This document shows positions 30,544 through 40,448 of a stretch of 64,000 nt of DNA, one piece after another (positions within the stretch are counted from its first letter, which is position 1; each line of letters begins with the position of its first letter). This DNA comes from Chthoniobacterales bacterium (GTDB lineage: Bacteria; Verrucomicrobiota; Verrucomicrobiia; Chthoniobacterales; JAATET01): positions 2,526-66,525 of the forward strand of contig JAATET010000071.1 in assembly GCA_015655545.1 (NCBI GenBank), given 5' to 3'. The notes beneath the pieces are model-generated. The model was given only the letters and a program-made list of their open reading frames with translations, was not told where the DNA came from and did no database searches. A program made the translations under genes and the position numbers.

Positions 30544-31712
30544 GATCGGACACGCGTTTCCAGCAGACGCGAAAAAATCGCCGCGTGGCGATCCACCCAC
30601 CGCGTGCGATCGAAATGAATCGCCGCGTGGGCGCGAGCCGCGCGCGCGAACCCGCCATGCCTTCCCATGATATCGACGACCCCGTCCGCCATCCGCCCCG
30701 CGTCCGGTGCATGATCGCGCAGCCAGTCATCGGGCACATCGACTAGCCGCCCCGCCGCTTCCGGAACCAGCTCCGGCATTCCCCCGCTGCGGGAGGCGAC
30801 CACCGGCACGCCGCAAGCCATCGCCTCGATCGGCACCGTGGGACACGGATCTTTGTATTTCGGATGCAGCAGCACATGGGCCTGTCGGTAGAGGCCGGGC
30901 GCTTCCGCCTGCGTAAATCGTGGCAGCAGCCTTACGTGATCGCGCAGTTTTTGTTTCGCGATGTATTCCGCCACCTCGCGATCGCCGTGCTCCCAGCGAA
31001 ACTCCCCGGCAATGGTCAGCCGAACCGACATTCCGCGTCCGATCAACGCCCGCAGCGTGTCCAGCGACGACTTCACGCGGTAGAATGCGTGATTCGTCCC
31101 CATGGCGAGCAGCTGCCAGACATTGAGCGGAAGAGGCTCCGCAATCGGCGAGAATCGATCCGTATCCACGGGATTCCACAAAATCTCCGCCGGCACATCG
31201 ACCGCGCCCAGATAACGGTCCGCGCACCGCCGGCAAAAATCGCTTTGATAGACAACGTGATCCGCCCGCGCAATCAAGCGCCGCATCGATTCGTTGAACC
31301 AGGGATAACTCGCACCGCACCACGCCGGATACGCGACACCGTTTTGATTCCACACGATGGCCGCACCATTCCGCTTTGCCCAATCCACCAACTCCCCGGC
31401 GTGCGGCACGAGATGCAGCACACTACTGACGAGGTAGAGAACATTGAATCCCTCGCGAGCCTCGCCAAATCGCTCGCGCAAATGCGACAGCTTCACCCCG
31501 CCGCCAATGCGCGTCTCCCGCGCGCGCGCCGGCTCGTCGATCCAGCCGAAATTCAGCCGGACGCCGTCCGGCCACGAAGCTTTCGCCGATTTTTCCAGAC
31601 GCCGCCCAAATGCGATGCGCCCCGGAGCATGGTAGGCGCGCCGTGCCGCCGCCACGGCATCATTGCGCGCCCGCAGCCATGCGGAGACCGGCTCCACGAT
31701 TTTCACTCCCAT
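30540..31712 (-). CDS. Glycosyltransferase family 4 (GT-B)
   Basis: 'VLLHPKYKDPCPTVPIEAMACGVPVVASRSGGMPELV'. The start is either ATG 31712 or GTG 31706 (a GTGA overlap giving 'VKIVEP'). Confidence 0.8.
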   Translation of the reverse strand: MGVKIVEPVSAWLRARNDAVAAARRAYHAPGRIAFGRRLEKSAKASWPDGVRLNFGWIDEPARARETRIGGGVKLSHLRERFGEAREGFNVLYLVSSVLHLVPHAGELVDWAKRNGAAIVWNQNGVAYPAWCGASYPWFNESMRRLIARADHVVYQSDFCRRCADRYLGAVDVPAEILWNPVDTDRFSPIAEPLPLNVWQLLAMGTNHAFYRVKSSLDTLRALIGRGMSVRLTIAGEFRWEHGDREVAEYIAKQKLRDHVRLLPRFTQAEAPGLYRQAHVLLHPKYKDPCPTVPIEAMACGVPVVASRSGGMPELVPEAAGRLVDVPDDWLRDHAPDAGRMADGVVDIMGRHGGFARAARAHAAIHFDRTRWVDRHAAIFSRLLETRVRS

Positions 31713-32515
31713 GGAAAATCCCGGCCCAGCAGGTCGGCGAGCTCCTTGTTTCGCGGCGCAAAGAAATCCCGCAATTCCCGCTCCGTGTCAGCAGGCATCG
31801 CCTCGGCGTAGCAACCGTCCCGCGCTTTCGGCAACTCGGGAGCACCCGTGGCCGGCAGGCCGATATGCCGAAAAACCGCGGGCATGGCCGTGTGCGGAGC
31901 AGTCAATAACTCCTCGCTCACGACAAAGAGGCACTGTTCGCGCGGAAAAACGGAAAGCCACCTTTCGATCGCTCGCGCATACCAGCCACAAAGCACGTAT
32001 CGGGCGGGATGATGGGCCTGCCGTGCCGCGGCATCGACCAGCGGAAGCACCGCGGGATCGTCGAGCCAGCTCATCGCGCTCCGAACCGTCGCGGAAAAAT
32101 CCGCGGAGTCGCTGCCGAACTTGCGGAACATCTGGTAGTCCGACCACGCCCGCTTGACCGGATCGCGCAGCAAAAAAATCAATCTCGCCTCGGGAACGAC
32201 ATCCCGCACATTTTGCGGTCCCCGCGGATCGGCGAAATATTCCACGCTGCCGTCTCCGACAATGAAGCGCTGCCCCGGCAAACGAATCGGATAATTCATC
32301 GCCGCCCGCAAGCGGCTGCCGGGAAAATGCAGGAAATTGGTCGGCTCCTTGCGCGCGCCCCGGCGGACGCCGGGCAGCCCGGCCAGATAATCGTAGAGCG
32401 TCGAGGTGCCGCATTTTGGGGCGCCGGCGATCACAAAGGAAGGCAGCGGCCGCAGGGGCGCCGTGGCGAGTCTCCATGCTTTTTCGAGCTCGAAGCGCAA
32501 ATCGGGTTTCGTCAC
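31703..32515 (-). CDS. Sulfotransferase (Sulfotransfer_1/3-like, HS-sulfotransferase-like)
   Basis: 5'-PSB loop 'VIAGAPKCGTSTLYDYL', 'KEPTNFLHF' and 3'-PB 'IFLLRDPVKRAWSDY'. The GTG at 32515 forms GTGA with the upstream stop. The ATG at 32569 would overlap the upstream gene by 58 nt. Confidence 0.8.
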   Translation of the reverse strand: MTKPDLRFELEKAWRLATAPLRPLPSFVIAGAPKCGTSTLYDYLAGLPGVRRGARKEPTNFLHFPGSRLRAAMNYPIRLPGQRFIVGDGSVEYFADPRGPQNVRDVVPEARLIFLLRDPVKRAWSDYQMFRKFGSDSADFSATVRSAMSWLDDPAVLPLVDAAARQAHHPARYVLCGWYARAIERWLSVFPREQCLFVVSEELLTAPHTAMPAVFRHIGLPATGAPELPKARDGCYAEAMPADTERELRDFFAPRNKELADLLGRDFPWE

Positions 32516-33615
32516 AAGTCGATTTCCTTTCGCATGCGGTTCGCCATTTTGCCGCAGACCGACTCCCACGTGAAGCGCTCGTTCGCCAATTTGCGTCCGG
32601 CTTCGCCGAATTCACGGCGCAATTCCGGCGAATTGAGCAACTGCACAAGGCGGCCCGCAAGCTCCGTCGACTCGCAAAGAAATCCGCTGACCCCATGCTC
32701 GACCCGCTCCGGATTTCCGCCCACGGCCGTGGCCACGACGGGCAGCCCGTGGGAAGCCGCCTCGGCCAGCACGGAAGCGGAGGGATCCGTGCGGCTGGGC
32801 AGACAAAAAACATCGGCCTCACGATAACATTCCGCCACCCGCTCCGGCGCCAGCCGACCGCGCACCCAGACGCCCGGCTCGGCCAAAACCGGAGAGCAAC
32901 CGACGATCCAAAGTCCGGCATCGGGCACCACCGCGCGCACCTCGCGAAAAGCCTCGATCAACTCCGGTCCGCCTTTTCGCTCCCAGTCCACGCCGACGAA
33001 CAAAATGACGTGTCCTTTCCGATTTCCGAAATCGCCGCCGGCGACATTCGAGCCGGAGAACACGACCTCCACGCGCTCTTCCGGCACGCCATAATATTCG
33101 CGTAAAGATTCCGCGGCGAAGCGACTCGACACGAAGGTGCAACGCGCACCCGCATACAAATCGCGCTCCATCCGCCGCCAGGCTTCGGCGACCGGCAACA
33201 AAGGCTTCGGCTGCGGATAGCGCCTGTTGGCGAGATATGTGTGATCGGTATAGATAAAATGCGGCAACTCCGGATGACGGGCATCGAAGAGCGACTGCGT
33301 CTGGAAAATCATGGCGGTGCCCGACGGATCGACATGCGAGCGCACCCAGCTCCGCACCGCCTCGATCACCACCGGCATGCGCGAGAAAAAATCCCGGGGC
33401 GGCTGCCGATTCGCAAGGATGAGATTTCCGTAACGCCGCATCGCCCCAGCCGTCGCGCGCACCCGCAGCGCAAGGTTTGTCCTCACGATCTCCCTCTCCA
33501 CATCGACGATCCGCCACTCGAGATCGTCGAACCGTGCCCGCAAGCCGGCGAAGACCGCGTCATTGATGAGCGAAAACTCTCCGATGCGAAAAAAAAACGC
33601 GCACCGTTTTTTCAT
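32512..33615 (-). CDS. Glycosyltransferase family 4 (GT-B)
   Basis: The ATG at 33615 (ATGA overlap) gives '[14 protein letters not shown]'. Also 'VFCLPSRTDPSASVLAEAASHGLPVVATAVGGNPERV'. Confidence 0.8.
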   Translation of the reverse strand: MKKRCAFFFRIGEFSLINDAVFAGLRARFDDLEWRIVDVEREIVRTNLALRVRATAGAMRRYGNLILANRQPPRDFFSRMPVVIEAVRSWVRSHVDPSGTAMIFQTQSLFDARHPELPHFIYTDHTYLANRRYPQPKPLLPVAEAWRRMERDLYAGARCTFVSSRFAAESLREYYGVPEERVEVVFSGSNVAGGDFGNRKGHVILFVGVDWERKGGPELIEAFREVRAVVPDAGLWIVGCSPVLAEPGVWVRGRLAPERVAECYREADVFCLPSRTDPSASVLAEAASHGLPVVATAVGGNPERVEHGVSGFLCESTELAGRLVQLLNSPELRREFGEAGRKLANERFTWESVCGKMANRMRKEIDL

Positions 33616-34721
33616 TTCGCGTGCGCCATTTTTTCGATCCACGCGGCATGCTGCCGCGCCACGACGCCGGTTTCGTAATGCAGCCTCACGACCTCAAAAG
33701 CCGCGGCTCCCGACGCGCGCAATCGCGAAGGATCCGACAGGAAATTTTCGAAAGCGCTTTTCCATTCTTCGTTGGTTCGACAAATCGCGACAGCTCCGTT
33801 TTTGGAACGATCGGCCAGATCCAGATAGCTGGGAACCGGACTCGCGATCGCCGGCAATTCACACGCCATCCCGAGCGAGATTTTCCACTCGGTGTGCGAA
33901 AGATTATACGGCACGTCGAGAAAACGCGGAGAGACGATGACGCCGCCGCCCGCATACAGGCCCAGCAGATGGCGGATATCGCGAAACCGATGCAGGGTAT
34001 GCGGCACACGCGCGAGCAGATGCTCCAAGCGCTCCCGCACGGCCGCCGGCCAGCGCGACTTCGCTTTCTCGACCTCGTCGGTGACGAGCTGGAGATGGAT
34101 GCGATCCGCCAGCGCGAGAAAGGTGTCCTCCGCGGCCAGGAATTCAAAAAGCTTTGCAGCCATGCCGCTCCACCAGACTTGCAAGCGGCCCTCGCGAAAC
34201 GGCTCCGTCTGCACGGCGGCTGGGCGCAGGCTAAGATTCACGTTGTCGGGAATCCAGGCGGTTCGGGGATTGAATGCCTTGCAGACTTCGGCCAGATGCC
34301 ACGATGACGCGATGACCCCGCGCGCCGATTGAGTCATGGCCACGGCGTCCTCTCGCTGTTCGGCGCCCGGGGCCATCGCGTCCAGCGGCGGCTCGCCTTC
34401 GAAGCGCGTGTAGTAATCGACGTTCGCCTCGAAAAGAACACACGTCCCCGCCGCGCAAAGACGGCTGGCCAGCGACAGACAATGCCCACCCATGGATTTC
34501 AGAAAAACGACGGCGGCGTATCCGCGCCACGGGCGATAGAGCTCATAGCGCCAATCGGATCCGGATTTTTCCAAGGCTTCCGCAATCCAGCGGAAACGCA
34601 TGAAGCTCATCGGCGATCCGGCGTCATCCCAGCCAGACACGAGTGCATGTGGCGGCATGCCTTTCCGCACCGAAGCCAGCTCCGGCACGCGGCTGTTGAT
34701 GATGAATCCTACGCGTTTCAC
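33612..34721 (-). CDS. Uncharacterised protein, possible divergent GT-B glycosyltransferase
   Basis: The GTG at 34721 (GTGA overlap) gives 'VKRVGFIINSRVPELASV'. The C-terminal 'VSPRFLDVPYNLSHTEWKISLGMACELPAIASPVPSY' loosely resembles a GT-B donor-binding half. I recognise no confident family. Confidence 0.45.
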   Translation of the reverse strand: MKRVGFIINSRVPELASVRKGMPPHALVSGWDDAGSPMSFMRFRWIAEALEKSGSDWRYELYRPWRGYAAVVFLKSMGGHCLSLASRLCAAGTCVLFEANVDYYTRFEGEPPLDAMAPGAEQREDAVAMTQSARGVIASSWHLAEVCKAFNPRTAWIPDNVNLSLRPAAVQTEPFREGRLQVWWSGMAAKLFEFLAAEDTFLALADRIHLQLVTDEVEKAKSRWPAAVRERLEHLLARVPHTLHRFRDIRHLLGLYAGGGVIVSPRFLDVPYNLSHTEWKISLGMACELPAIASPVPSYLDLADRSKNGAVAICRTNEEWKSAFENFLSDPSRLRASGAAAFEVVRLHYETGVVARQHAAWIEKMAHAK

Positions 34722-35515
34722 GGGCGCGTGGCAAGGAAGGGCGCGATCGATTCCGTGACCATCGGACCGCGCGCATACTTTTCTTCCTTCCAACTTGCAG
34801 CCGACTTTCCGCCCAGCGCGGAGCGGAAACGCGAAAGCAGCTTTTCGATGCTCCATGCGTGACGGTCCATGATATTGAGCCGGGACTGGGAGTTTCCAGC
34901 ATCCCGCGACGATCGATCGAGAAAGCAAAGATGCAGGCAGCGAAAATCGGCTTCGTCCCAGCTTGATTGGTCGTGGAGGTTCAGACGCAACGAAGCGTCG
35001 AAGCCGGAGCGAAAACGGATATCGCCGCCGTGGAGACGCTCCACGGTTCTCCCGTCCCACGACTCGATGGCAGCGAAGTTGTAGAGCTTCGTCATGCTGC
35101 GGCAAGGGGGAGCGAGATGACCGTCGGCTTGCGCGGCGGCGAGGTCGAGACGCTTTACGTTGAGCACATTTCCGAAGAGCGCCCACCAGCGGGCGAATTC
35201 TCCCGCGGCGATGCGCAGCCGCAGCCGCGCGAGCGCGGAGGAGTCATATACTTCATCGCCATCCACGCCGAAAATCCAAGTCGGGGTTCCCGCGTAAGCC
35301 TGGATCATCTTGTGCGAATCGCCGGATTTGCGGCAGCGGCGCACCACGAGCTTGCGGCCATATTCGCGCGCAAGGCGCCTGAGAATGACCGCGGTCTCGT
35401 CCTGGGATTCGTGATCGCAGACGAAAAACTCGTCGCAGAAATCGATCGCGCTGCGGATCGCCCATTCGACAAACCGATCCTCGTCGCGCACCAGCATGAT
35501 GCCGACGATCTTCAC
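34718..35515 (-). CDS. GT2-like glycosyltransferase (Glyco_tranf_2_4-like)
   Basis: The GTG at 35515 (GTGA overlap) gives 'VKIVGIMLVRDEDRFVEWAIRSAIDFCDEFFVCDHESQDETAVIL'. Also 'IFGVDGDEVYD'. This matches the pattern of PF13704-type GT-A proteins. Confidence 0.6.
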   Translation of the reverse strand: MKIVGIMLVRDEDRFVEWAIRSAIDFCDEFFVCDHESQDETAVILRRLAREYGRKLVVRRCRKSGDSHKMIQAYAGTPTWIFGVDGDEVYDSSALARLRLRIAAGEFARWWALFGNVLNVKRLDLAAAQADGHLAPPCRSMTKLYNFAAIESWDGRTVERLHGGDIRFRSGFDASLRLNLHDQSSWDEADFRCLHLCFLDRSSRDAGNSQSRLNIMDRHAWSIEKLLSRFRSALGGKSAASWKEEKYARGPMVTESIAPFLATRP

Positions 35516-36387
35516 TCCAGCGGCATGTTTTCGAGCGTCTCGATCCAATCGTTGCGCCGGCCAACCATGAAAAGAAAAAGCGCGTTGGGATTGATGGCCC
35601 CTTTGCGCATGAGTCCGCTCCAGATGAGAGGATATGGGCCGTGGTAATAGTGATGGACGCCGAGGATGCGCTCGTCGACCGCGGCGCGCGCCTGCTTGCC
35701 GGCGATCTGCCGCACCGCGTAACGATACAAATCGGTCGAGGCTTTCAGCCATTCGAACCTCGTGGGAAAAGGCTTCGCGGACTTCGAGCGGCCCTCGATG
35801 CGATAGCTGTGGGACGTGAGTGACTCCGGAAGACCGGAGTCCGTCGCGCCGCCCTTGCGCTCGAAAGCCCAGGGCGTGTGCTCCGCTTCGGGCAGCGTCG
35901 CGATCAGGTGATCGAGAATGTCCCGCAGCGCGTCGAGCCGCCACAGGGCCGGATGAAGCGGAAATTTCCAGAGGTTGGACGTGATGCAGAGATCGAGATC
36001 CCAATCTTTCCACCGCCGGGGTTTTCCCATGGGCTCGCGGCCCTGCCCCCAGCCGGAAAGCGAGATACTCACCGCCTGGAGTTCGCGCATCATGGCGGGG
36101 AGTGTTTCATTAAGATGCGGCGCGTGACAGGTCCCCAGCGGCGGATGGTCGTCGAGGATGAGGTATGCCTGGGAAAATCCGTCCGCGAGGAGATCCTCGC
36201 ACGCGGAGCGCGTGATTTTCATCCAGTCGCGCGGATCGTCGCGCAGCGGCAGCGCACAAGGGTCGCCGGCGATCCCGCACAGGCGGAGCGGCGGCGCGTC
36301 TTTCCAGAACTCGCGGATGCGCGCGCGCGTAAACTCGGCCAGTGCGCGATATTTCGCACAGGTCGAAATGAGGATGCACGTGTTCAA
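35512..36387 (-). CDS. Hypothetical protein (no family recognised; possible GT-A-like 'YLILDDH')
   Basis: The TTG at 36387 forms TTGA with the upstream stop and gives '(M)LNTCILISTCAKYRALAEF'. It is a 291-aa soluble protein. The coding call rests on tight coupling on both sides and non-repetitive composition. Confidence 0.5.
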   Translation of the reverse strand: MNTCILISTCAKYRALAEFTRARIREFWKDAPPLRLCGIAGDPCALPLRDDPRDWMKITRSACEDLLADGFSQAYLILDDHPPLGTCHAPHLNETLPAMMRELQAVSISLSGWGQGREPMGKPRRWKDWDLDLCITSNLWKFPLHPALWRLDALRDILDHLIATLPEAEHTPWAFERKGGATDSGLPESLTSHSYRIEGRSKSAKPFPTRFEWLKASTDLYRYAVRQIAGKQARAAVDERILGVHHYYHGPYPLIWSGLMRKGAINPNALFLFMVGRRNDWIETLENMPLE

Positions 36388-37364
36388 AGTCTTCCCGATT
36401 CGACGGCCAGCCTCTGGATGGTATCCGCGTAGTCGAGGACCATGCGCTCGCCCGAAGGAAGCTTTTCGAGCAGTTGGTGACGAAGATCTCCGATTCGCTC
36501 GACGGCCTTGCGAATGGCACCCGGCAAATCCTCGCGGAAACCCACGCCATAACGTTCGCCGGCCTCGACGATGCCGCCGCCGTCTTCGTGGTAGAGAAGT
36601 GGAAGGCCGCATTGCGCGCCCTCGACATGGTGCATGCCGCAAGGCTCCCAGCGGGATGCGGTGAGATAGAGGTGACACTCGCGGAGCTTGGCAGCGAGAG
36701 GCTTCCCGGTCATGGGGCCGAATGTTTCCGTCGCCTTCCAGCGAATGTTCGCCGGCCAGCGACCGATGACGCGGAACGCGACGCCGGGAAGATTTCCGGC
36801 GACGATTAATTCGTCGAGCTGTTGATAGACATCGAAGCCTTTGAGCGGATTGTCCGACCAGTGGTGCGTGACGATGCGCACGGTTTCGCCGGGCCCGGGC
36901 ATGTGGTTGCCGATCGGATGATACACGCGCGAGTCGGCGCCATTGTAGATGACCGCCTGGGAAAGGCCCGCGTCGAACCACCGTTCGGTAAAGTAATCGC
37001 GCAACCACTCCGAGATGAAGACGGTGTGATCGGCGAGCGCGTTCGTGCGACGAAGCAGCTCGTCGATATCGTTGGTGCCCTTGCGCTGATCGCACTCGTT
37101 GATGCGGTGGAGAATCGGCACTTGCGGACTGCGATCGCGAAATTTTTCGAGATCCTCCAACCCGAATTTCTTGGCTGGATGGTCGCGACGCGGATCGATC
37201 ACGAGCACGACGTCGGGTTCGCGTTTGAGGTCAAAGACGACGCGCCAGCCGCGGCGCCACATGCAGTTTGCAAGCTGCGAGACGAACGGGCTCGCGCCTC
37301 CCCAGGACGAACGCGCGGGCACGAGGCTGATCGCAAGCGTGGGTTTGAACTTCGAAAAAAACAT
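36384..37364 (-). CDS. Glycosyltransferase family 4 (GT-B)
   Basis: The ATG at 37364 (TGATG junction) gives 'MFFSKFKPTLAISL'. Also 'LYLTASRWEPCGMHHVEGAQCGLPLLYHEDGGGIVE' (EX7E). Confidence 0.75.
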   Translation of the reverse strand: MFFSKFKPTLAISLVPARSSWGGASPFVSQLANCMWRRGWRVVFDLKREPDVVLVIDPRRDHPAKKFGLEDLEKFRDRSPQVPILHRINECDQRKGTNDIDELLRRTNALADHTVFISEWLRDYFTERWFDAGLSQAVIYNGADSRVYHPIGNHMPGPGETVRIVTHHWSDNPLKGFDVYQQLDELIVAGNLPGVAFRVIGRWPANIRWKATETFGPMTGKPLAAKLRECHLYLTASRWEPCGMHHVEGAQCGLPLLYHEDGGGIVEAGERYGVGFREDLPGAIRKAVERIGDLRHQLLEKLPSGERMVLDYADTIQRLAVESGRL

Positions 37365-38449
37365 CAGGAAAGTGAAGCCGCAGAAATCACGGCGCCCAGA
37401 TGGCTGGCAAATGCATCGATGCGGCCATGCTGGAGCGCCGCCTCGCGTGCGGCACGGCCAATGTGTTCGCGTTGCGCGGCGTCGTCCAGCAACTGTTGCA
37501 TCGCGCCGCGCAGCGCGGCGGGTGAAGCCGGATCGACGAGCAGCAGATCGCGTCCGTCTCGAATGTCCGCGCCGATCCACAATCCGCTCGTGCGCGTGAG
37601 CACCACGGGCCGACCGCAGGCCATGGCTTGCAACGCCACACTTTGACCCGACGGCTGAACGGCCTCCTCGAGCGGCACGATGACCATGAGCGCCCGGCGA
37701 TAGAGATCGCGAAGCTCTTCGTCGGTAACGGCGGGAGCATGCCACGAACCGCGCAGGTGCTCGATGTGCGGCGGCAGCGGATCGGGAAGAGGGCGACCGG
37801 TGAGAATTTTTACCGGGATTTTGAGATCGGCCGCCGCGGCGACGAAGGTCGCGTAATCCCGACGGCCATCATTCCCGACCGCCAGGATGAATTCGCGCCC
37901 GGCCGCGGCCGGAGTCCAAAAGGCCGTGTCCACACCGAAGGCATTCGCATGAATGCGGCGTGGATCGACGTCGAATTGACGGACGGTTTGCTCGCGCTCG
38001 GAATCGGCAAAAAGCACGATCTCCTGCGCACGCATGGCGCGACGCGTGGCGCGCCGGCGCGCGGGCGTGAGCGAATAATTGACGTGCCCGCAGTGGATCC
38101 CGACGAGCGGCGCGCGAAAAAATCCCAGCCGCTTCCAAAACGCGAGGGCATTCGCGTGCGAAGTGGAGGCGGCGACCACGGCATCCACCGTCTTCAAACG
38201 GCCCAGACTCGGGATGACCGCCGCCACATGCTCGCCGCGCGTACGCACGGGCGTGCGCGCATTCAGCAATATATTGTAAGCCGTGGCCAGCCACGACGAG
38301 CGTGGATCCGGCGCATCGATGCAGACGACATCGTGGCCGGCCTTCGCGAGCTCGACCGCTCCATAAAAAAAATCGCTCGGAACACGCCCTTCCCGCGCCG
38401 CGGCCCATTTGGCTTCGCGACCTCCCGCATAAACGAAGGCGATCTTCAC
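37364..38449 (-). CDS. Glycosyltransferase family 4 (GT-B)
   Basis: The GTG at 38449 (GTGA overlap) gives 'VKIAFVYAGG'. Also 'MVIVPLEEAVQPSGQSVALQAMACGRPVVLTRTSGL'. Confidence 0.75.
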   Translation of the reverse strand: MKIAFVYAGGREAKWAAAREGRVPSDFFYGAVELAKAGHDVVCIDAPDPRSSWLATAYNILLNARTPVRTRGEHVAAVIPSLGRLKTVDAVVAASTSHANALAFWKRLGFFRAPLVGIHCGHVNYSLTPARRRATRRAMRAQEIVLFADSEREQTVRQFDVDPRRIHANAFGVDTAFWTPAAAGREFILAVGNDGRRDYATFVAAAADLKIPVKILTGRPLPDPLPPHIEHLRGSWHAPAVTDEELRDLYRRALMVIVPLEEAVQPSGQSVALQAMACGRPVVLTRTSGLWIGADIRDGRDLLLVDPASPAALRGAMQQLLDDAAQREHIGRAAREAALQHGRIDAFASHLGAVISAASLS

Positions 38450-39270
38450 TTCAGCACTCGCCGCTTCAGATTGCGCAAGACCCGCTCCGCGAGGGTAAAC
38501 GGCGCGACACTGGCGTGGATGAGGCCCCCGACGATCCGTCCCGGGCGGGAAAGAATCGTGAAATGACGCCCTTCAAGCTGGAGGGCGCCGGGCAGGAAGA
38601 GACGGATGCTTTGGCTCGCGTTGACCCAGCGCTCGAGCTGCGCCATGTCCGGACCGCGACCGTGGATGATGCGCACTTTGCAGCGGCCGACCGCGGCGGG
38701 CATCACGGTGCGCAGGTTGTATTCCGGAGGCAGCACGCAGGACGAAAGTCGCGAGCGGTAAAGCGCTTCGCGAAAGGCCGGCTGATCGCTCTCCATCCGG
38801 CCGGTCTCGGAAACTTCTTTTTCGTAAAGCCGCAGCCAGTCTTGAAACAGCGCGATGACTTCCGGCGAGCGACGATAGGCGAGGACGCCGGTGTTGAGTT
38901 CGGCAAAGCAATTCGGCGTCACGAAGGGGCGGTCGTGGCGATACGGCGCATGCGCGAGCGCGAGATCGAAACGGTCGAGGATTTCGAAAAGATCCGGAAA
39001 CGGCGCGCAGGCCAGCGTATCGGTATCGAGAAAAATGGTTCGCTCGAAAGGCGTGTCGCAAAGCGGCGCGATCTTATCGATGAACGAATGCCGCGGGTTG
39101 GCAATGGGGCGGATTTCGTCAAAGAGATCGTCCGGCAACCCGTCCTGATCGGTAGAGACAACGATCGGCACGCCCGGCATGTGCCGGCGCACGGATCGAG
39201 CGGAGATCAACATCTCGTCGAGATGACGCCGGCCGGTCGCGATGTAGAGAATGCCTTCTTTCGCGCTCAT
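38446..39270 (-). CDS. GT8-like nucleotide-diphospho-sugar transferase
   Basis: The ATG at 39270 (ATGA overlap) gives 'MSAKEGILYIATGRRHLDEMLISARSVRRHMPGVPIVV'. Also 'TIFLDTDTLACAPFPDLFE' (DxD). Confidence 0.6.
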   Translation of the reverse strand: MSAKEGILYIATGRRHLDEMLISARSVRRHMPGVPIVVSTDQDGLPDDLFDEIRPIANPRHSFIDKIAPLCDTPFERTIFLDTDTLACAPFPDLFEILDRFDLALAHAPYRHDRPFVTPNCFAELNTGVLAYRRSPEVIALFQDWLRLYEKEVSETGRMESDQPAFREALYRSRLSSCVLPPEYNLRTVMPAAVGRCKVRIIHGRGPDMAQLERWVNASQSIRLFLPGALQLEGRHFTILSRPGRIVGGLIHASVAPFTLAERVLRNLKRRVLK

Positions 39271-40112
39271 GCGGATGGCCGGCTTCCAAATTGCCGCGGC
39301 CAACCCTGGACCATCACCGGCGCCGCGCCGAAGATGCGACGCAGCAGCTCATCGGTGATCCTTTCCGCAAGTCTGGAATCGAGCCGCGCGACCCGGTCAC
39401 GGATGCAATACGAAAGATGATTGAGATCCATCGCGCCATTGTGGCGCCGCCCGATCGCCGCGATCTCATGCATGCGCTTCCAGCCGCCGGTGGAGGTCTT
39501 CGTATCGTCGTAGTAACGAATCTCGGCCAGCGTGTCCTCGATGGCGATCACGTCGCATTTTGCGGCGAGACGGATGAGCAGATCCCAATCCATCGCATAG
39601 TGGAGATCTTCGTCGAGACCGCCGATCTCCAGAAACAGGTCGCGTTTAAAAAACATCGCCGGCTGAACGACACGATAGGCCGTTTTGAGATGGCGGCGAT
39701 TGAAGGGGCGAAACGGCACGGTGTAGATCTCCTTTCCGTCACGCGCGACCTTGGCTCCGCGTCCGAAGACGACACCGGCGTCGGGATTCGCGATGAAGCT
39801 GCGAGCCACGGTATGGAGGGCGCCGGGGCGAAACCGGTCGTCCGAGTTCAACCAGCATGTGATTTCACCCGTGGCCTGGCGGACGCCTTTGTTGATGCCG
39901 TCGCTCTGGCCGCGGTCTGCTTCGCGAATCACGCGCATCGGCAGCCGCTGGGCGAAACGGGCGAGAATTTGCGGCGTGTCGTCGGTGGAGAGCGCATCCA
40001 CGACGATATGCTCCAGATTCGGATACGCCTGCGCTTCGATGCTGAGCAGTGTCTCCTCGATAAACTCCGCCTGGTTGTAAGTCGGCGTGATGACTGAAAT
40101 TTTGGGAAGCAT
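39267..40112 (-). CDS. Glycosyltransferase family 2
   Basis: 'MLPKISVITPTYNQAEFIEETLLSIEAQAYPNLEHIVVDALSTDDT' and 'WLNSDDRF'. Confidence 0.85.
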   Translation of the reverse strand: MLPKISVITPTYNQAEFIEETLLSIEAQAYPNLEHIVVDALSTDDTPQILARFAQRLPMRVIREADRGQSDGINKGVRQATGEITCWLNSDDRFRPGALHTVARSFIANPDAGVVFGRGAKVARDGKEIYTVPFRPFNRRHLKTAYRVVQPAMFFKRDLFLEIGGLDEDLHYAMDWDLLIRLAAKCDVIAIEDTLAEIRYYDDTKTSTGGWKRMHEIAAIGRRHNGAMDLNHLSYCIRDRVARLDSRLAERITDELLRRIFGAAPVMVQGWPRQFGSRPSA

Positions 40113-40118
40113 TTGAGT

Positions 40119-40448
40119 TCAGGGCGTCTTGTGTTCCAGCGCCTGCAATCGTTCGTCAATTTGAATGCTTGCCGCGGTCAGCCCTTTGGCAATTTCAAGC
40201 AGGTTATTCTCGGCCCGTCGCCCGGCTTCGGCATCCTTCCTCGCTAGCACCGCCTGGTGTTTCACTTGCGCCTCGAGTTGACGCAACTCCTCCCGCAGCC
40301 GGGCGTCGGCACCCCGCAGCCGCTGGAGGGATCTCTCCTCGAACTCGCGGAGAGCTTTTAAAACCAACCCGCGCCCGAGAGCCGCGGCGACGATCAGCGT
40401 GAGGACATTTATCGAGACGGCGATGAGAATCGTCACCAATGGACTCAC
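40119..40448 (-). CDS. Small N-terminal TM + coiled-coil protein (module copy A)
   Basis: The GTG at 40448 (GTGA overlap) gives 'VSPLVTILIAVSINVLTLIVAAAL' (TM). A heptad-like Arg/Glu/Leu-rich region follows, ending 'IDERLQALEHK'. The architecture and tail resemble 45006..45308. Confidence 0.55.
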   Translation of the reverse strand: MSPLVTILIAVSINVLTLIVAAALGRGLVLKALREFEERSLQRLRGADARLREELRQLEAQVKHQAVLARKDAEAGRRAENNLLEIAKGLTAASIQIDERLQALEHKTP

